A DNA stretch of 64,000 nt, taken from positions 30,878,001 to 30,942,000 of the forward strand of contig NC_086108.1 in the NCBI RefSeq assembly GCF_963921235.1, given 5' to 3'. The position numbers were made by a program, and so were the translations under genes. Below the pieces are notes generated by a model, which did no database searches, had not been told where the DNA came from, and saw only the letters and a list, made by a program, of their open reading frames with translations. This DNA is from Mobula hypostoma. Its lineage: Eukaryota. This document shows positions 1-13,805 of this stretch, piece by piece (within the stretch, counting starts at the first letter, position 1; every line of letters begins with the position of its first letter).

Positions 1-672
1 AGACAGTGATGTAGCCTGTCAGAATGCTCTCCACAGTACTTCTACAGAAGTTTTCAAGTGTTTTAGGTGACAAACCAAATTTATTCAAATTCCTAATGAA
101 ATGTAGCCACTGTCTTGCCTTCTTTATAGCTCCATCAATATTTTGGATCCAAGTTAGATCCTCAGAGATCTTAACACCTAGGAACTTGAAATTGCTCACT
201 CTCTCCATTTCTGACCCCTCTATGAGGATTGGTTTGCATTCTCTCATCTTACCCTTCCTGAAGTCCACAATCAGCTCTTTCGTTTTACAGATGTTGTGTG
301 CAAGGTTGTTGCTGTGGCACCACTCCACTAGTTGGTATATCTCTCTCCTGTACGCCCTCTCATCTCCATCTGAGATTCTGTCAACAATATCATCAGCAAT
401 TTATAGAATGGCATTAGAGTTGTGCCTCGTCATACAGTCATGGGAATAGAGAGAATAGAACAGTGGGCTAAACACACATCCCTGAGTTATGTCAGTATTG
501 ATCATCAGTGAGGAGGAGATGTTATCACCAGTCCGCACAGATTGTGGTCTTTGGGTTAGGAAGTCAATGATCCAATTGCAGAGGGAGGTACAGAGGGTCT
601 GATTCTGTCGCTTATCAATCAGGACTGTAGGAATGCTGGTGCTAAATGCTGAACAACGAACGGCATCCTGAC
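1..672 (-). mobile_element. Rex1/Babar-type LINE RT fragment (decayed)
   Basis: The reverse strand matches the same RT region as the copies at 18954-19930 and 31161-32590 (QGCVxSPLxYSL..HDC..NAIYK-ADD, VLxRAF). The ORF-track entry 24..449 is its antisense. Confidence 0.8.
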
Positions 673-1317
673 ATCAGATTCATTTCATTTGGTGTGATCA
701 GTAATTTATCAAAATGAATATGTGTGTACTTATAACATTGTTGAAGTTTGGCTTTCTTAGAAAAGTGTCAGCAACTCCATGTGGTCAGAGGGAGAGCGTG
801 CAAACTCCACCCAGACAGCAACAGAAGTCAGAGTTGAACCCAAGGAACTGAAGTGGCAAGAAAGCTGTTCTGCCTACTGCACCATATGTTCCCTCTATCA
901 AAAAGATTCACAAGAATAGTAGCCTAGAGTTAAAGTGTGAGGCAAAATTTGAGAAATAAAGGCGAGTATTTATTTCAAACGCATGGCTGTAAGAACTTCC
1001 TTCGGAAGTTAGATCACAGGTTGGAACTCAATAGTCTACCCCTTCTCTGACATATCTTTGCAATTATGTTTTTACCAATCTGGAGTTCCTGAGCCACTCA
1101 TGATGCAGGGGCAATGTTAACACTGAGGTAAGTTAATTAGGAAGTTCCCAAAAAAAAGAAGTGAAACTGAATAAAACTGTACTTAGGGCACTAACAGAGT
1201 CTGGCTAGTAATCCCTGGGAATTCCCGAGGCTGTCCCATCTCCTTAAAAACAGTATCCCATAAAATTATCAGGTATTTATGGGGAAAGGAGGCAGATTTT
1301 AGTCAGCTGTGAATGTT

Positions 1318-1403
1318 GGGCAGTATGGTAGCCTAGTCATTCATGCAATGGTTCACAGTGCAGGCGACCTGGGTTTAATTGCTGCTGTTATCTGTAAGGA
1401 GTA
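1318..1403 (+). mobile_element. 5' part of tRNA-derived V-SINE/HE1-like SINE
   Basis: gggcagtatggtagcctagt...cacagtgcaggcgacctgggtttaattgctgctg..ctgtaaggagt, a decayed match to the copy at 43415. Confidence 0.6.
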
Positions 1404-2361
1404 CTGGAAGGCATTTGATTGGAAAGATGATCAGCAATGTTTAAGTATTTATTCGGTCTGACTTCTAGTTCAGTGTCCAGTGACCAGAATGGCTTCATGT
1501 ATCCTGCTCTTTTAGTTCATTTTTCTCTTAATGCAATGTTCACAATGTTGGCTTATTTTTCCCATATTTTAAAACAAAATAAGATGAGGCCATTTCAGCC
1601 TACTGAGTCAATGCTACCCACAGAACAATTGCATTCTCTCTTTGGATTTCCTTGAAACCCATTCTGACAATTGGGGCAATTTATAGCATTGGATAGCAAC
1701 GGCACATTCTTGGGAAGTGGGAGAACACTGGACAACCCAAAGGTCATAGGCACACAGTCACCGGGAGAGTGTGCAAGCCCCATATCCCAAGTCAGGATTG
1801 AACCTGAGTTCCTGGAAAAGAGAGACAGCGGATTTCTGAGCTGTGTTTTGCTCACTGTTTATAGCGCTTCATGATTTGAATGCATAATCTCAGATTAGAT
1901 TACAGTTTGCAGTGCTGAAGCAATCCTGGAATTACTGAGGTGCAGTTCCTTGGATAGGATATCATGTGGATCACCACGGACTCAATATACTGCATGGAAT
2001 TACTACCCCTGATTTCTATACATGTCCACTTATCCAGCCTGGATCCCCCAGGCTGATATTGTTAGCCCTTTGCATCATTGAATTGGAAGACGAGATCCAA
2101 TTGACTACAGGGCCTTAGGAAGTGAAGAAATCCTGCCCTGTTTACCACTGACTGCCTTCGACAGCTGCCAAAGTAAGAAACAGATCTTTACCTGCTGTTG
2201 AAACCTGCAAGTGATTTTAATAATCTTTAAAATTTTCTGGCATTAAGAAACTGAAAATAAAAACATACAGAAAAATTAAAGTAAACCAAGTATACTTTGG
2301 TTCTTATTTCACAGGGTTTGTTTCCCCATTGAAGTGAACATTACATCAAATCCTGCTCTAA

Positions 2362-2565
2362 GGACTGATGAACGATCTTGGCCTGAAATATTGACTGCTC
2401 ATTTTCCTCTATAGATGCTGCCTGAATTGTTGAGTTCCTCCATTAGTTTGAAAAGGAACATGACAAAGATGAGCTTTATTTGTCATATGTACATGAAAAC
2501 ATACAATGAATTCTATCTGTGTCGCACATTTCCAGCATCTGCAGAATGTTTTGAATCTGCTCTAG
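2362..2565 (+). mobile_element. Penelope-like terminal (pLTR) fragment with degenerate hammerhead motif
   Basis: CTGATGA(2365-2371)...GAAA(2385-2388)..ttgactg, then tagatgctgcctgaattgttgagttcctcca and later tttccagcatctgcag. Confidence 0.6.
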
Positions 2566-3614
2566 GTTTGATTGATTAAGATGGACATGACTTCTCCTTG
2601 CCACAATCCAGGGGAATCTCAGCACATTTGGTCGTAGCTGCCGGACCGTTCCTGCAGCCCAGAAGCAGGAAGAGCCCTTACAGCTGCAGCTTCAGCTGTC
2701 TTTGAGAGAATTTCTCTCTCAGCTGAACAGCCATTTGGGCCACAGGCCAAACTCAGCAAGATTCTTGGAATCAATGATCCACACCTGTTTTTTCCAATAG
2801 ATTAATTACATGATTAACAATCCAATCAAGTTCTTCAATGATCAGTTAAAAGTTCTCCCAGGCCCTCTCAATTAACATAGAGAGAAGGATGTCAAAAGGT
2901 CACTGAAAACAAAGCTTCACCAATGCTGAAAATCTCATGTGCTGGGTCCTGGTGAGAAGTTGTGTACCTGAAATATTCACACTTTGCACAGGTGCTAACT
3001 GGCCTGCTGAATATTGCCGGTACTTCTTGTTTTTATCATAAAGTGTTACTGTCTGTGGGATCTCACAAAATGTCGACCCATGTCCATTACATAACACACA
3101 CTGCACTGTAAGTGAAATCTCTGAATGTGAGGTAGTTTACAGTGTTTCTGTGTGACATGTTTAAGTACTAGGTAACTCCTGGTTCTGACTAAAGATTGCA
3201 TGGTCTCACTGATGCTAGAGTTAAGAAATTATTCCATTCTGCAAAGCCATTTACTGACTTTATGAGGGCACACCATTAGCTCAGACTGCCTATAGAATTC
3301 AAGCGGCTGGGTTTAAGTGAATCTGTGCTGTAGAAAGTGGACTGCAGTGGAACTTGTATAGATATAGAATCTTATTGTCATATGGCAATGTTTGTTAGAT
3401 ATAACGGTGGCAGAATAGATCTCACTGATTATGTGCTACAGTCAACACTCTTTGTGCCATGTCTTTGTCACTGAGATTGGCCTGTGCTCTGTACAGTCTT
3501 TACAATCTCAGGAGCAACGGTGTTTATTACAGGAATCTGACTCTTTTCATTGTTGTGTGTACTTCTCTCCTCCTTGATAATGATTGAGTTCAGTCTGCAA
3601 GGAGCTGACCCCTG

Positions 3615-3840
3615 AGGTCATGGTTAAAGTTAAAAGGTGAAAAGTTTAAGGGGGAACATGAGGGAAAATCCTTCACTCAGAGAGTCGTGAGAGTGTGGAA
3701 TGAGCTGCTGGCACAAGTGGTGCTTGTGAGCTCAAATTCAGCATTTTTTTTAAAGAGAAGTTTGGATAGGTATATGGATGGGAAGGGTATGGAGGGATAT
3801 GGTCCCGGTGCAGAGAGATGGGAGTAGGCAGTTTAAATGG
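3615..3840 (+). mobile_element. CR1 LINE 3' fragment
   Basis: ggtcatggttaaagttaaaaggtgaaaagtttaagggggaacatgagggaaaatccttcactcagagagt..., same as the CR1 3' region at 29283-29500. Confidence 0.8.
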
Positions 3841-4926
3841 AATAGCAAAAATCAAACTGCAGGAAGTATGGGAAAAGTGGGATTGTAATGAATATCCCTG
3901 AAGGATTAGGTCAGAGTTAACCTGGTGATGAGCTGTTTTTCCTGCCTTCATTATCTTTTCTGGGAAGAGAATTGCGATTAGCTTTCTGAAGGGCCATCAC
4001 AGATTTGGAGGTGGTGGTTTGTCATTCATCTATTGTCCATGTGATATGAAGTCTCTTACTCATTTAATGCTTTGGGAAGAGGGTGTTTAGTTTCTTTAAA
4101 GAAAATAGCTTCCAAAGTTGATCCAGATCTTTAATAGGAGAAGAAATAGAAGGAATTATTTCCTCTGAAATTTTGGGTGTTCTTTACATGTACCACAAGA
4201 TTCTCAGTATAACCAGGACAAGCTGTCTTGTTTTTGCAGTGAAGTCAAATGATTGGGAAGTTGTTTATAATAGCAAGTTTTATTTCCTCCCCACCCCATC
4301 TCCCATCCTAGCATCTTCTGGTTGTCCTTCACTCCATCCTTTTATAATGGAAGGAATGTTTATTTTGTTTGTATTATAAGTAGGGCCAGAGATACTGCAA
4401 CTTTACGTTTTATATTTTTGCAGTCTTATAGGACCCCATATAAGTTACAAGTCTTACAATCCCATCTTTGTGCAGACTTATTTCAATTTCAACCATCTCA
4501 ACAGAAGAGGCATTTGATTATCTGAACTGGCATGTCTGACGTAAACACTTCTGTTTACTTAAGTTCAAACTCAATTTCTATATCCATTTTAGCCGATAGC
4601 TGTCACCTCCTAACATTACTAGCTTTGTTTTTAGACTACTATCATTCTAATTGTAATCTCTCAGTTTAAAATAAATCACTCTTTCTCTACCAGTGCCTTT
4701 GGGAAAAGGACGTTCCTTTTGGAAAGGCCTACAAAAACTGCTTCAAAATCTGTGACGGCCCTTCCGGAAAGCTAATCGTATTCTCTTCCCAGGAAAGATG
4801 ATGAAGACAGGATAAACAGCTCATTGCCAAGTCAACTCTGACCTAATCCTTCAGGGATATTCCCTTTGTCCATTACAATCCCAACTTTTCCACACTTCCT
4901 GCAGTTTGATTTTTGCCATTCCATTT
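3835..4926. repeat. Inverted repeat pair (about 190-bp arms, 3835-4022 and 4731-4926)
   Basis: aaatggaatagcaaaaatcaaactgcaggaagt...cagatttggag is the diverged reverse complement of cttcaaaatctgtgacggcc...gcagtttgatttttgccattccattt. The right arm runs into a hammerhead-like CTGATGA..GAAA at 4927-4951. Confidence 0.85.
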
Positions 4927-6804
4927 CTGATGAATGGTCTCTGACTTGAAACATTTCTCCAAGATGCCGCCTGACTTAGTGAGTGTTGACAGTCATTATA
5001 AGATTTAGTTTTGGACTTCACACCTCAGTAGCTTTTTTGATTTCCACTAAAACAAAGGGGAGAGAGATGCCTAGGGTGGCAAAACTAAGGTGCAGGCATC
5101 CAATCATAGAAGGTGATGGCAACCAGTTAGCAGAATATTGTAATCATTGTGCCTACTGATTGACAAAGACATGGATAGAAATTTGATCTCAAGGTGGGAG
5201 ATAGGCTAGGCTAGAGAAATGATACAAGGCAGGCCTTGTGATGGAAAGGGAGTGGGAGCAGAATTTCAGTTCTTGTAACAACAGTGAGAATTAGCACAAC
5301 TCCAAAATGAAATGTCTAATGCATCAACTGATCTGCTGAAGGAACTCAACAATTTAAGCAGTATCTGCGGAGTGGGGGAGTGGTGGTGGGGGAGAGATGG
5401 TAGAGGAAGAAGTTGTTGACATTTTGCTTATGCTCAAAACTATGATAATTTCTCCCCCCCCCCCACAGATGCTGCTCTTCCTGCAGAGCTCCTTGAGTAA
5501 ATTGTTTGTTGTTCCATATGCAGATGCAGTCTCTTGCATCTCCTCTGATCCTTCTAAAGACTATGTGAACTTGTTCACAGCGTACAGACACCATTGTTGG
5601 ATGGATGCTGAGACCATTGCAAAGAGCAGCCGGTATGAACTGTCAATTTGTCTATATTGCAGTGGAGGAGGACGTGATAAAAACACACACTAACTAGGGA
5701 AGTTGTTTCTGAATAGCCACAAATCCTGGTTTCCAAATGTTCCACCACAATTATCTTACATCATAGTTCTGTTTCCCATTTGCCTTCTCTTTCCCTTTGG
5801 CTCTGGGTCCACATCTGTATTACAATGCAACTGAAGTGACAAAAAAGGAACTGATTTCTAAGTAATCCAGGAGCTTATTGCATTCTGAATCCTTCTCTGA
5901 TCCACCACTTCCTCTTAATTATTGGCTCAACTGGGTCTGACTTCCCCTTATCCCTGAATTGCCTTGTTTAAAAATTTTCAATCCAAAGTTTCTCTATAAA
6001 AAAAATTCTGAGAAATGTGGTTTTTCATATTCTGTCATTTCAATTTATGCCACATTCAATGGCAGCAGAACTTAAAGGGCAATCCAGTCCCAACTCTAAG
6101 CATGTGGGCTGAAAGGTCAATGATAATTACAGTAAAAGCAGGCCTTTCTTCAGGTGAGTAATGCTTATAACAAGAGATATATACGAGCCTTCAGTCTGTC
6201 ATAAGCAGCATTGTTAGGAATTGCTGGCTGGATACCAAAATACAGAAAGTACCTGTTACTCGCCACAGCCTGTTTAACAATAGACCTTCCATTCAAGCTA
6301 AATAGTAGTTGGTTCACTCGGTAAATGGTTCCTACTTTCTTTGTGCTCATTCAAAGCCATACTGATTAGTTATCTGGATTCCCCGAAAAAGTAAAATCTG
6401 GAATAATTACCTTCGAAGCCAAAGGGGAGATATGCAGATTTTTTTAAACACAAGTTTTAGTGTTAATCTAAGTTTTAGATCTGGAATATGCTACCTGCAG
6501 GCATGGTGGAGACAGATTCAAAAAGCACCACCAAGAGCCATTTGGATAAATCAAGACACATGAAACTGCAGCTATTGGAATCCAGGACATTAAAATAAGC
6601 TGCAAGAGGAACTCAGTGTGTTGAGCAACATCTACAGAAGGGATGGCGTTGACAACATGTCAGATCAAGACTGAGCTAGGGCAGTGAAATATAAGGAGAG
6701 AGGAGGAGTGGTGAGATGGGGTCCAGTAAGTGATAGGTGGATTGAGAAGGAGTAAAGGATGATGGGCAGGCAGAGCCAAGTGAGACTAAGGGAGTGGTGG
6801 ATTA

Positions 6805-7075
6805 GGGAGAGGTTGTGTCCTCTGATTTTAGACTCTCCCACCATTGGAAACATCCTCTCCACATCCACTCAATGAAGGCCTTTCACCATTCAATAGGTTT
6901 CAGTGAGGTCAACCTTCAATCTTCCAAATTCTAGTGAACACAGGCACAGAGTCATCAGGCGCTCTTTATGTGACAAACTATTCAATCTTGGAATCATTTT
7001 TGGGAACCACCTTTGAACCCTCTCCAGTTTCAGCACATCTTTTCTAAGATAATGGGTCCAAAACTGCTCACAATA
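6805..7075 (-). mobile_element. CR1 LINE fragment inside old Penelope-like remnant (about 6550-7230)
   Basis: Minus ORF DVERMFPMVGESKIRGHNL is CR1 ORF2 C-terminal sequence; flanks resemble pLTR sequence. Confidence 0.7.
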
Positions 7076-7232
7076 CTGTCATCTATCTTCAACGTGATCA
7101 CAGACCATCCTTTCTGTTCTCTTTCCCTCTTCCTGCCACCCCCCCCCACCCCCAGTTCTTATTTTCCCCTAAGGAATCTGATTTTGCTCCAGCATTTCTT
7201 TGCTATGATGAAAAGTTTGAAGATATTTCACT

Positions 7233-7550
7233 TTGGTAGCATAGCTGTTAATGCAATACTTTACAGCACCAACAGTAAAATTGATTGTGGTTCAATTCCC
7301 GCCACTGCCTGTAGGGAGTTTACATATTCTTTCCATGGGTTATGTGGGCTTCCACAAGTTCTACAGTTTCCCTCCACATTGCAGAGATGTGTGGTTAGGA
7401 TTAGTAAGATGTGGATACGTTATGTTGGTGCTGGAGGCTTGGCAACACTTCTGGGCCGCTAGCACATTTTCCATTGATTTGATTTGACACATGGGTGCAT
7501 TTTACTGTACATTTTTATGTACATATGACAAATAAAGCTTATCTTTATAT
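7233..7550 (+). mobile_element. tRNA-derived V-SINE/HE1-like SINE
   Basis: tggtagcatagctg (A-box-like), ggttcaattcc (B box), then V-domain-like core ctgtagggagtttacatattct...gtttccctccacatt. Confidence 0.75.
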
Positions 7551-10500
7551 TTAAATAAGTAATTTAAAATTTTAACCATGTCCAGTGATGAAAGTAGGCT
7601 GGTAGGAACCAGCAGACAATGAGAAGAAATGGGACCAATGCAGACAATACAGAAGTATTTAAATCTACTTTGTTAGCAATGCATCTGCACCACTCAGAAA
7701 TTTAAATTGCTTTCTCTTCTGTTTGTTTCTTCACAAATGCTTAATGACCAGAAAAATATTTCTAGCATTTTGTTCAAAGTTCAAAGTAAATTTACTATCA
7801 GAGAACATACATGTCACCACATACAATCCTGAGATTCTTTTTCTGTGGGCATTCTCAGAAAATTTATAGAACAGTAAATGCAAACTGTAAACATCAGGAA
7901 TTGTAATGTCAAGGAAATAAAGGAATTATTTATAATGGATGTAAATAAGAAATGGAGAAAATTATTACACAAAATTATTTCAATACATTGACATACATCA
8001 GCAACCCTTTGGTCACTAAATCACTTCTATTTATGCTTTTGCAATATTCCTCATTTTAAACCCTTTAATCCATTTTTAAACTTGTAAACATGTACTGCAT
8101 AAAACTTAATAATCCCATCCCTGCCTGGTCCAGTTGTTTTCCTGATATTCTCAGTCCCATGAGTAAAGATTCAACAGAAATTTTCTGTGGTATTTCTGTT
8201 GTTCAATACACTTCAAATCATTCTTTTCTGCTAGAAAATTTGCATACTTGTAGATTTTCATGCTGATTGTTTCATTTTCAATTTACACAAGTGTATTAAT
8301 TGTTTCATTTTCAATTCTGCAGACTAAATTTATAATTTTCATTGTTTTGCTTGATATTTGGGCTCCGGAAATGTCACCTGCCAGATACACTAGTCAAGAA
8401 ATGAATCTTGCCAGATAAGAAATAAATTTTTCAGTCATACTCTCTGGTCACAAGGGATTTACAAAGGAATTGCAGAACCATGATGTAAAACATATGTATT
8501 TAACATTAGAAGTTTGTCCCATGCAATTGGTTGCAATAATAGGCTATCTTTTCCATTCTTCTCTCAGGATTTCATTAGAAATGAATATCTTAAGGTGTAA
8601 ATTTCATTTCAAAAATTCAAGCTTTAGGAGGTGGCTATGCAAGCAGGGCAAGGTTGCAAGTGCATTCTCCACTGACCACTATTGAGCACTGTCCTACAGC
8701 AGCAATTCTCAGATAACTTAAGAATTTTGGTAAGAGCTGGCTTGGCATCAAGGATTGACTATCTGAGAAAGAAGGATCTGTTCCTTTGTTCCAAGATCTT
8801 CCTTACAAGAATCAAAGTTTAACTTAAAGAATATAATTTTGATAGTATGCATCATTGATGATAACTTCCCAGCAGCAGTTGAGAAAGTTACCAGAGCCCC
8901 CAAAAGAACATCATGTTACAAATGTATCCCAACTTAATGGAACTGAGTGATCAAGATGTTAGTGGAAGCTTAGTCATTGAATTCATTCAAGGCAGTGTTC
9001 AGTAGCTTCCCAGGCACGAAGGAAATCATAGCCTATATGGATAGTTCAGAAAAATAGCTCATGATTTGATAATTCATGCTGTAAATCTGAAGGGCCCGTT
9101 GCTATTTGTTATAGTCTTATTCCTTAACAAATAGAATATGGTTGTAAATTTAGTTGGCTCCATCTTGGGTACTAGCCTACAAAAACTTGTGTGCAGGCAC
9201 ATAATATCAAATAAACGTTGTTTACAGAAAAACATAAATTAAACATAAGCAATGCCCAATTCTTACAAGAAAGAATCCAATTAGGACAAAAAATGTCTAT
9301 TTTAGTGCAGAGTGATCAAAGTGGTCAGGGTTTGCTAAAAACATCATAGGACTTGTGGCTAAATCTTCCCCAATAGTTCTCCGTGATGACTTCCTTGAAA
9401 TTGATGTCATTGACATGATTTTGTTCTTTCTATTTCAGATCAGTTCAGGCTTCGACTGCAGTGTTAGGTTGCAGTCCTAGCCCAACGGTAAAACTGGAAA
9501 GAGAGTGAGGTTGTATTGAGCATCTGCATGGCCATCATCTCTATCAATTAACTAACAGTTGCTTGTGTTAAAGGCACTTATCACTTTCCATCGACATCTT
9601 CACTTGGTGGTATACCAAAAGTGACAGCATTGTACAGAAGTCCCTTCTACAGAGCTAGATATCTTCAGTCTTTAATATCTGCTCACAATTTGAAATAAAT
9701 TCCTCCTACATCACAAGAATGAAATGTTTTGTTCTGTGGTCACCCTCAAATGCATAGTGGATGTATTTGCTGATGCCCTGAACTTGAAGTGAATAAGCCT
9801 TGTGCTAGTTGGTCGCAGTGCTCAAGCTGATGAAGGAAGCTAATTGGACATGAGGGTAACGATAAGCTGCTGTGCACACATCCAACTAATGACAGAGATC
9901 TTTCATAGATACCAGATAGGATGCTGTGCACCAGAAGTTAGAGTTAATGCTGCTCCATATTGGAACAGTGAGACTGCCTTTGGAGCTTCGAGCAGAAGAT
10001 GGATGAAAAAGCCAATGATACCTTTGGCCAGGTACACCTCAGTAATGCCAGATTTCCTTGTTAATTCTTAACTAGCTTAAAAAACCAGCAGGATCTTTGT
10101 AAGTGATTCTTTGTTAGTTTTCCCCGACACACTTTCTCTGCCAGCACTTTATCCCTTCCCCATTCCTCTTCTTAGTAATATTTGCCCATTTTTTTTCTGA
10201 GAAGGTGGAAGTATTTGCTTGTGTAACTGTTAGCAAGAACAATTTAACACCCAAACAATTTGGAAACTGCTAAATGTGTGAAAATGTAGAATCTCCAGAT
10301 GGTCAAAAGAAGTTATCTAAATACTGATGATGAGTCAGTAATACTGGGAAATCTGCCAAGTGAGCCAGAATCATGAACTCAAATTTATGTCCATGGACAA
10401 CAATCATTACTTTCAGTTAACTTATATCTGTTAAGTGAATTAGTTTTGGAAAACTTCATTGTCTTTGTAAGTTTCTTATCATTTTAATTGTGTTTATCTG

Positions 10501-10572
10501 GTCTTAACCCCATTATTTTTATTTCAATTGAGAGATTAATGCTGTTTTCAGAAGCTGATTAACATTTGGTTC

Positions 10573-10725
10573 ACAAACAAGAGAAAATTTGCAGATGATG
10601 GAAATCCAAGCAACACACTCAAAATGCTGGAGGAACTCAGCAGGCCAGGCAGCATCTATGGAAAAATTACAGTCGAAGTTTCAGGCTGAGACCTTCAGCA
10701 GGATTGGAGAAAAAAAGCTGAGGGG
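10573..10725 (-). mobile_element. Short Penelope-like pLTR copy with degenerate hammerhead
   Basis: Minus strand aatcCTGCTGAaggtctcagcctGAAActtcgactgt...ctcttgtttgtg, the same terminus as 13806-13972 and 17353-17495. Confidence 0.75.
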
Positions 10726-12034
10726 TAGCAGAATTCGTTTGTGTGTATGCAGAAAATATGCTTGGAGAATGCAGGTCATTTAGTTTAATTATGTTGCATG
10801 GTAAATTCATTCAGGTAGTTGCTAAAATTCTGTCACATGATACATAAGCACATTAATAGAATTTCTAGACTATAATTTTAATGAATTCTCAGTGTCATTG
10901 ATCATTCTCATATTGCTATTCATTAAGAATGGAAGGATTGTTCTAACATGGTTGGCACAACATTATGGGCTGAAGGGCCTGTAATGTGCTGATATCATCA
11001 AACAACATGAAATATACACTGGTCTTCACCACTGTGAAGCTCTATCATTCAATTTATGGGCTTCAAGCACAGCATCATTTTTTAACCTGTCACAACTACG
11101 GATTTGGCAATTGCACTCGTGAATATGCAAGCGTCAACTAATTATTATTTAATCATGATAGTACTTAACTCCATTCATTCTGTCATAGTTTTTGTCAAGA
11201 CTTGAACATGGACACAGAAACACTTCACTTCCAGCATTCTGCCTTGCCCGAGAAATTGGACTGTTGAGTCAACTGAATCTAAAGACTAGCAGTATTCGTT
11301 TAATTCTTAGCTGTTCTTTTCAGCTGCAGTGTAGGCTTCATTTCCCATTTGAGTGTTCTAGTCAATGGCTCTGTTTGGCCTAGCATTTATTGTTTTCTTT
11401 TTCCTGTCCACATTAAAGCCTGAACTATCGACCTGGTTCGGTGTCTCTCACTCCACACATGGGCCATGTTCGCACTGTTGAGATGGTTGAGAGGTCTGTC
11501 ATACTCCTGAACAGTCCAGATTTAGTGGATAGTGAGGAGTTTGTCTAGGCTGGTGCACCTATCACAGCATAACTTGTGTCCAAAGACAAGCTCAGGGATG
11601 ACAAAGCTTGCTTGATCTTGATTTTCAATAATAATATTGGTCATGGAAGGTATGCAGTCTCTTCCAGGTAACATCCTCTATTAATCTGTCCTCTCTTCAT
11701 ACCACTTCCACACCCACTTCCCTGAGCATGTCCTAAGGCCTTCCTCCACTTCCAGACAACCTTGTCGTGTCCCTCCAAGTGTAAGCTGTGGCTTCATCCC
11801 AAAACTGCTGAAAACCTGTGCACTGTGCTGTTTTCAAGTATCTTTGTCCATCTGTTATAAAACTTCTACCCCCATATGTTAACATGAGAATGCATGGGTC
11901 CAGATGGGAGAACCATGCATATTACTAAGGTAAGAAGTCATTTACTTATGAGTAAAGTTGTATAGCACAAAAACAGGCTCTTCAGCCCACTATGAACACA
12001 CTGTCCATAATACCTAACTACATCAATCCAACAT

Positions 12035-12362
12035 ACCATCGGGCAGTAGGTACAGAAGCCTGAAGGCCCACACCACCAGGTTCAACAACAGCTACTTCCC
12101 TTTCACCATACAATTCTTGAATGGACCAGGACAACACTGATCATGAGTTTAGCAGCACTATGACCACTTTGAAAACTCTGCATTAAAATGGATTTTATTT
12201 TTTCTTGTTCTTATTGTTTTGTAGTTGTAAAGATTGTTTATTTACATTTTTCTTGTGAATTCTGTTTATGTGATGCAATGTGCCTGTGATGCTATTGTAA
12301 GTAAGCTTTTCATTGCAACCATGCATATGTGTATTGTGTCCATAACAATTAACTTAACTTTG
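12035..12362 (+). mobile_element. Rex1-type LINE 3' end
   Basis: ccatcgggcagtaggtacagaagcctgaaggcccacaccaccaggttcaacaacagctacttccc (PSGxRYRSLKAHTTRFNNSYFP). Confidence 0.7.
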
Positions 12363-13300
12363 CTTTACCCATATTAGGATGTATGCCTTGGTAATGGGCG
12401 TACTGGTCTAGATACTTCTTAAACCTTATGAGAACATCTGCCTTCAGCCATTTAATGGAATGTTACAAATATGATACTGTGCAAAAATCTTAGGCACATA
12501 AGTATATATCTACATGGCAAATACATTCACATGAAAGAGGGTTTTCAGGGATATATATTATGCAAAGATTTTTCAAAATCTAGACTGCTTCTGATAGGGA
12601 GGTAAAGTGGATGGTGAATCTAATTTCGCAGATTCACAGTTAAAAGAAGCAGACCCTTTGGGCCGAAGGGTCTGTGCAGGCCAACAAGCACCCATCTGCA
12701 CTAAATCTATTCTGATCCCTTTTTATTCTTCCTGTGCTACTCTCAGCTCTCCCCAGTGTCTACACCTTTGGGGCCAAGAAATCTAACAACCTGCACCCAA
12801 AGAAAACTCTAGCAATCAGTCAGATGCAAACTGCACACAGACAGCACCTGAGGTCAAGATTGGACCGAGTCACTGGAGAGATAAGCTGTGCCTCCCACTT
12901 GGCTGGCTACAGGTTGTCCCTGAGCACAGTTTGGATAGGGACACACATCCCACCGCCATAGCAGCACTAACAGGGTATCTCAGTTACAAATAAGCAACAG
13001 AGAAACTCAGGGTAAAGCTCAAATGGAGGATTGCCGTAATGTAGATAACTGCAAGAGAAATCAGATGGAGGAGAGTCAGGGAAAATATTATCAAGAATTA
13101 AGTAGGAATTTCCAAGTCTCCTGACTAAAAATTAATTCAAAGTTTTTCTTACACCATTAGTATAGAGGGTGAGCAGGTGATCGATCAGAAGTCTAGGAGT
13201 TAAAGCCGGTCAGGCCGAGGCCTGGATGCTGGAGGCTTGTGCTGGAGTTGGAGGACTGTCTGTGTGTGGGTGGGTGAGAGGGAGGGAGGAAAGGGGCTTG

Positions 13301-13525
13301 TGTGGTAAACCATATATATAGTAACTAGGTTACCTGTCTGGACACGCCCCTCTGCTGCCTGCTCCTGTGTCTCCTCCCACAGACCCCTGAGTAAAGGCGA
13401 TTGCGCCACTGCTCCTCCCCTCAGTCCAGGGCAGATACTCGGCATGGTCGAGGTCACATTTTACTGCTAATAAAAGCCTTTCAGTATTTACTTTACTTCC
13501 AGTCTTTTGGAGTAATAATGCATCA
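13301..13525 (+). mobile_element. Solo LTR (225 bp)
   Basis: Begins TG(tggtaaac) and ends (gcat)CA. Perfect 5-bp TSD gcttg at 13296-13300 and 13526-13530. AATAAA near 13469. Inserted into a non-autonomous retroposon spanning about 13150-13720. Confidence 0.85.
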
Positions 13526-13805
13526 GCTTGTTTCGCTGTTGTCTTTTTGTTGTGTTCTGTGTGGTTCTGCTGATCATTGCAGGCACATTGGTGCTGGAAT
13601 GTGTGGTAACTCTTGCTGATTCTCCCCAGCACATCCCTGGGTGTGTTGCTTGTTAACACAAACAATGCATTTCACTGTATGTTTCAATGTTCATGTGACT
13701 GATAAATCTGAATCCAAATCCCTTTTACTTTGAATGTTATACTATGTATAACTGGATAATCTATACATGATTCATAGCCTCTAGGAAGGAAAGAATGTTT
13801 GTAGG

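Noticed and set aside
5581..6160. Isolated splice-like signals (5581-5632; donor caggtgagt at 6151; also 9438, 43176-43210, 59841-59880)
   Set aside because: They could not be assembled into a coherent recognisable reading frame, and such motifs are expected by chance in 64 kb.
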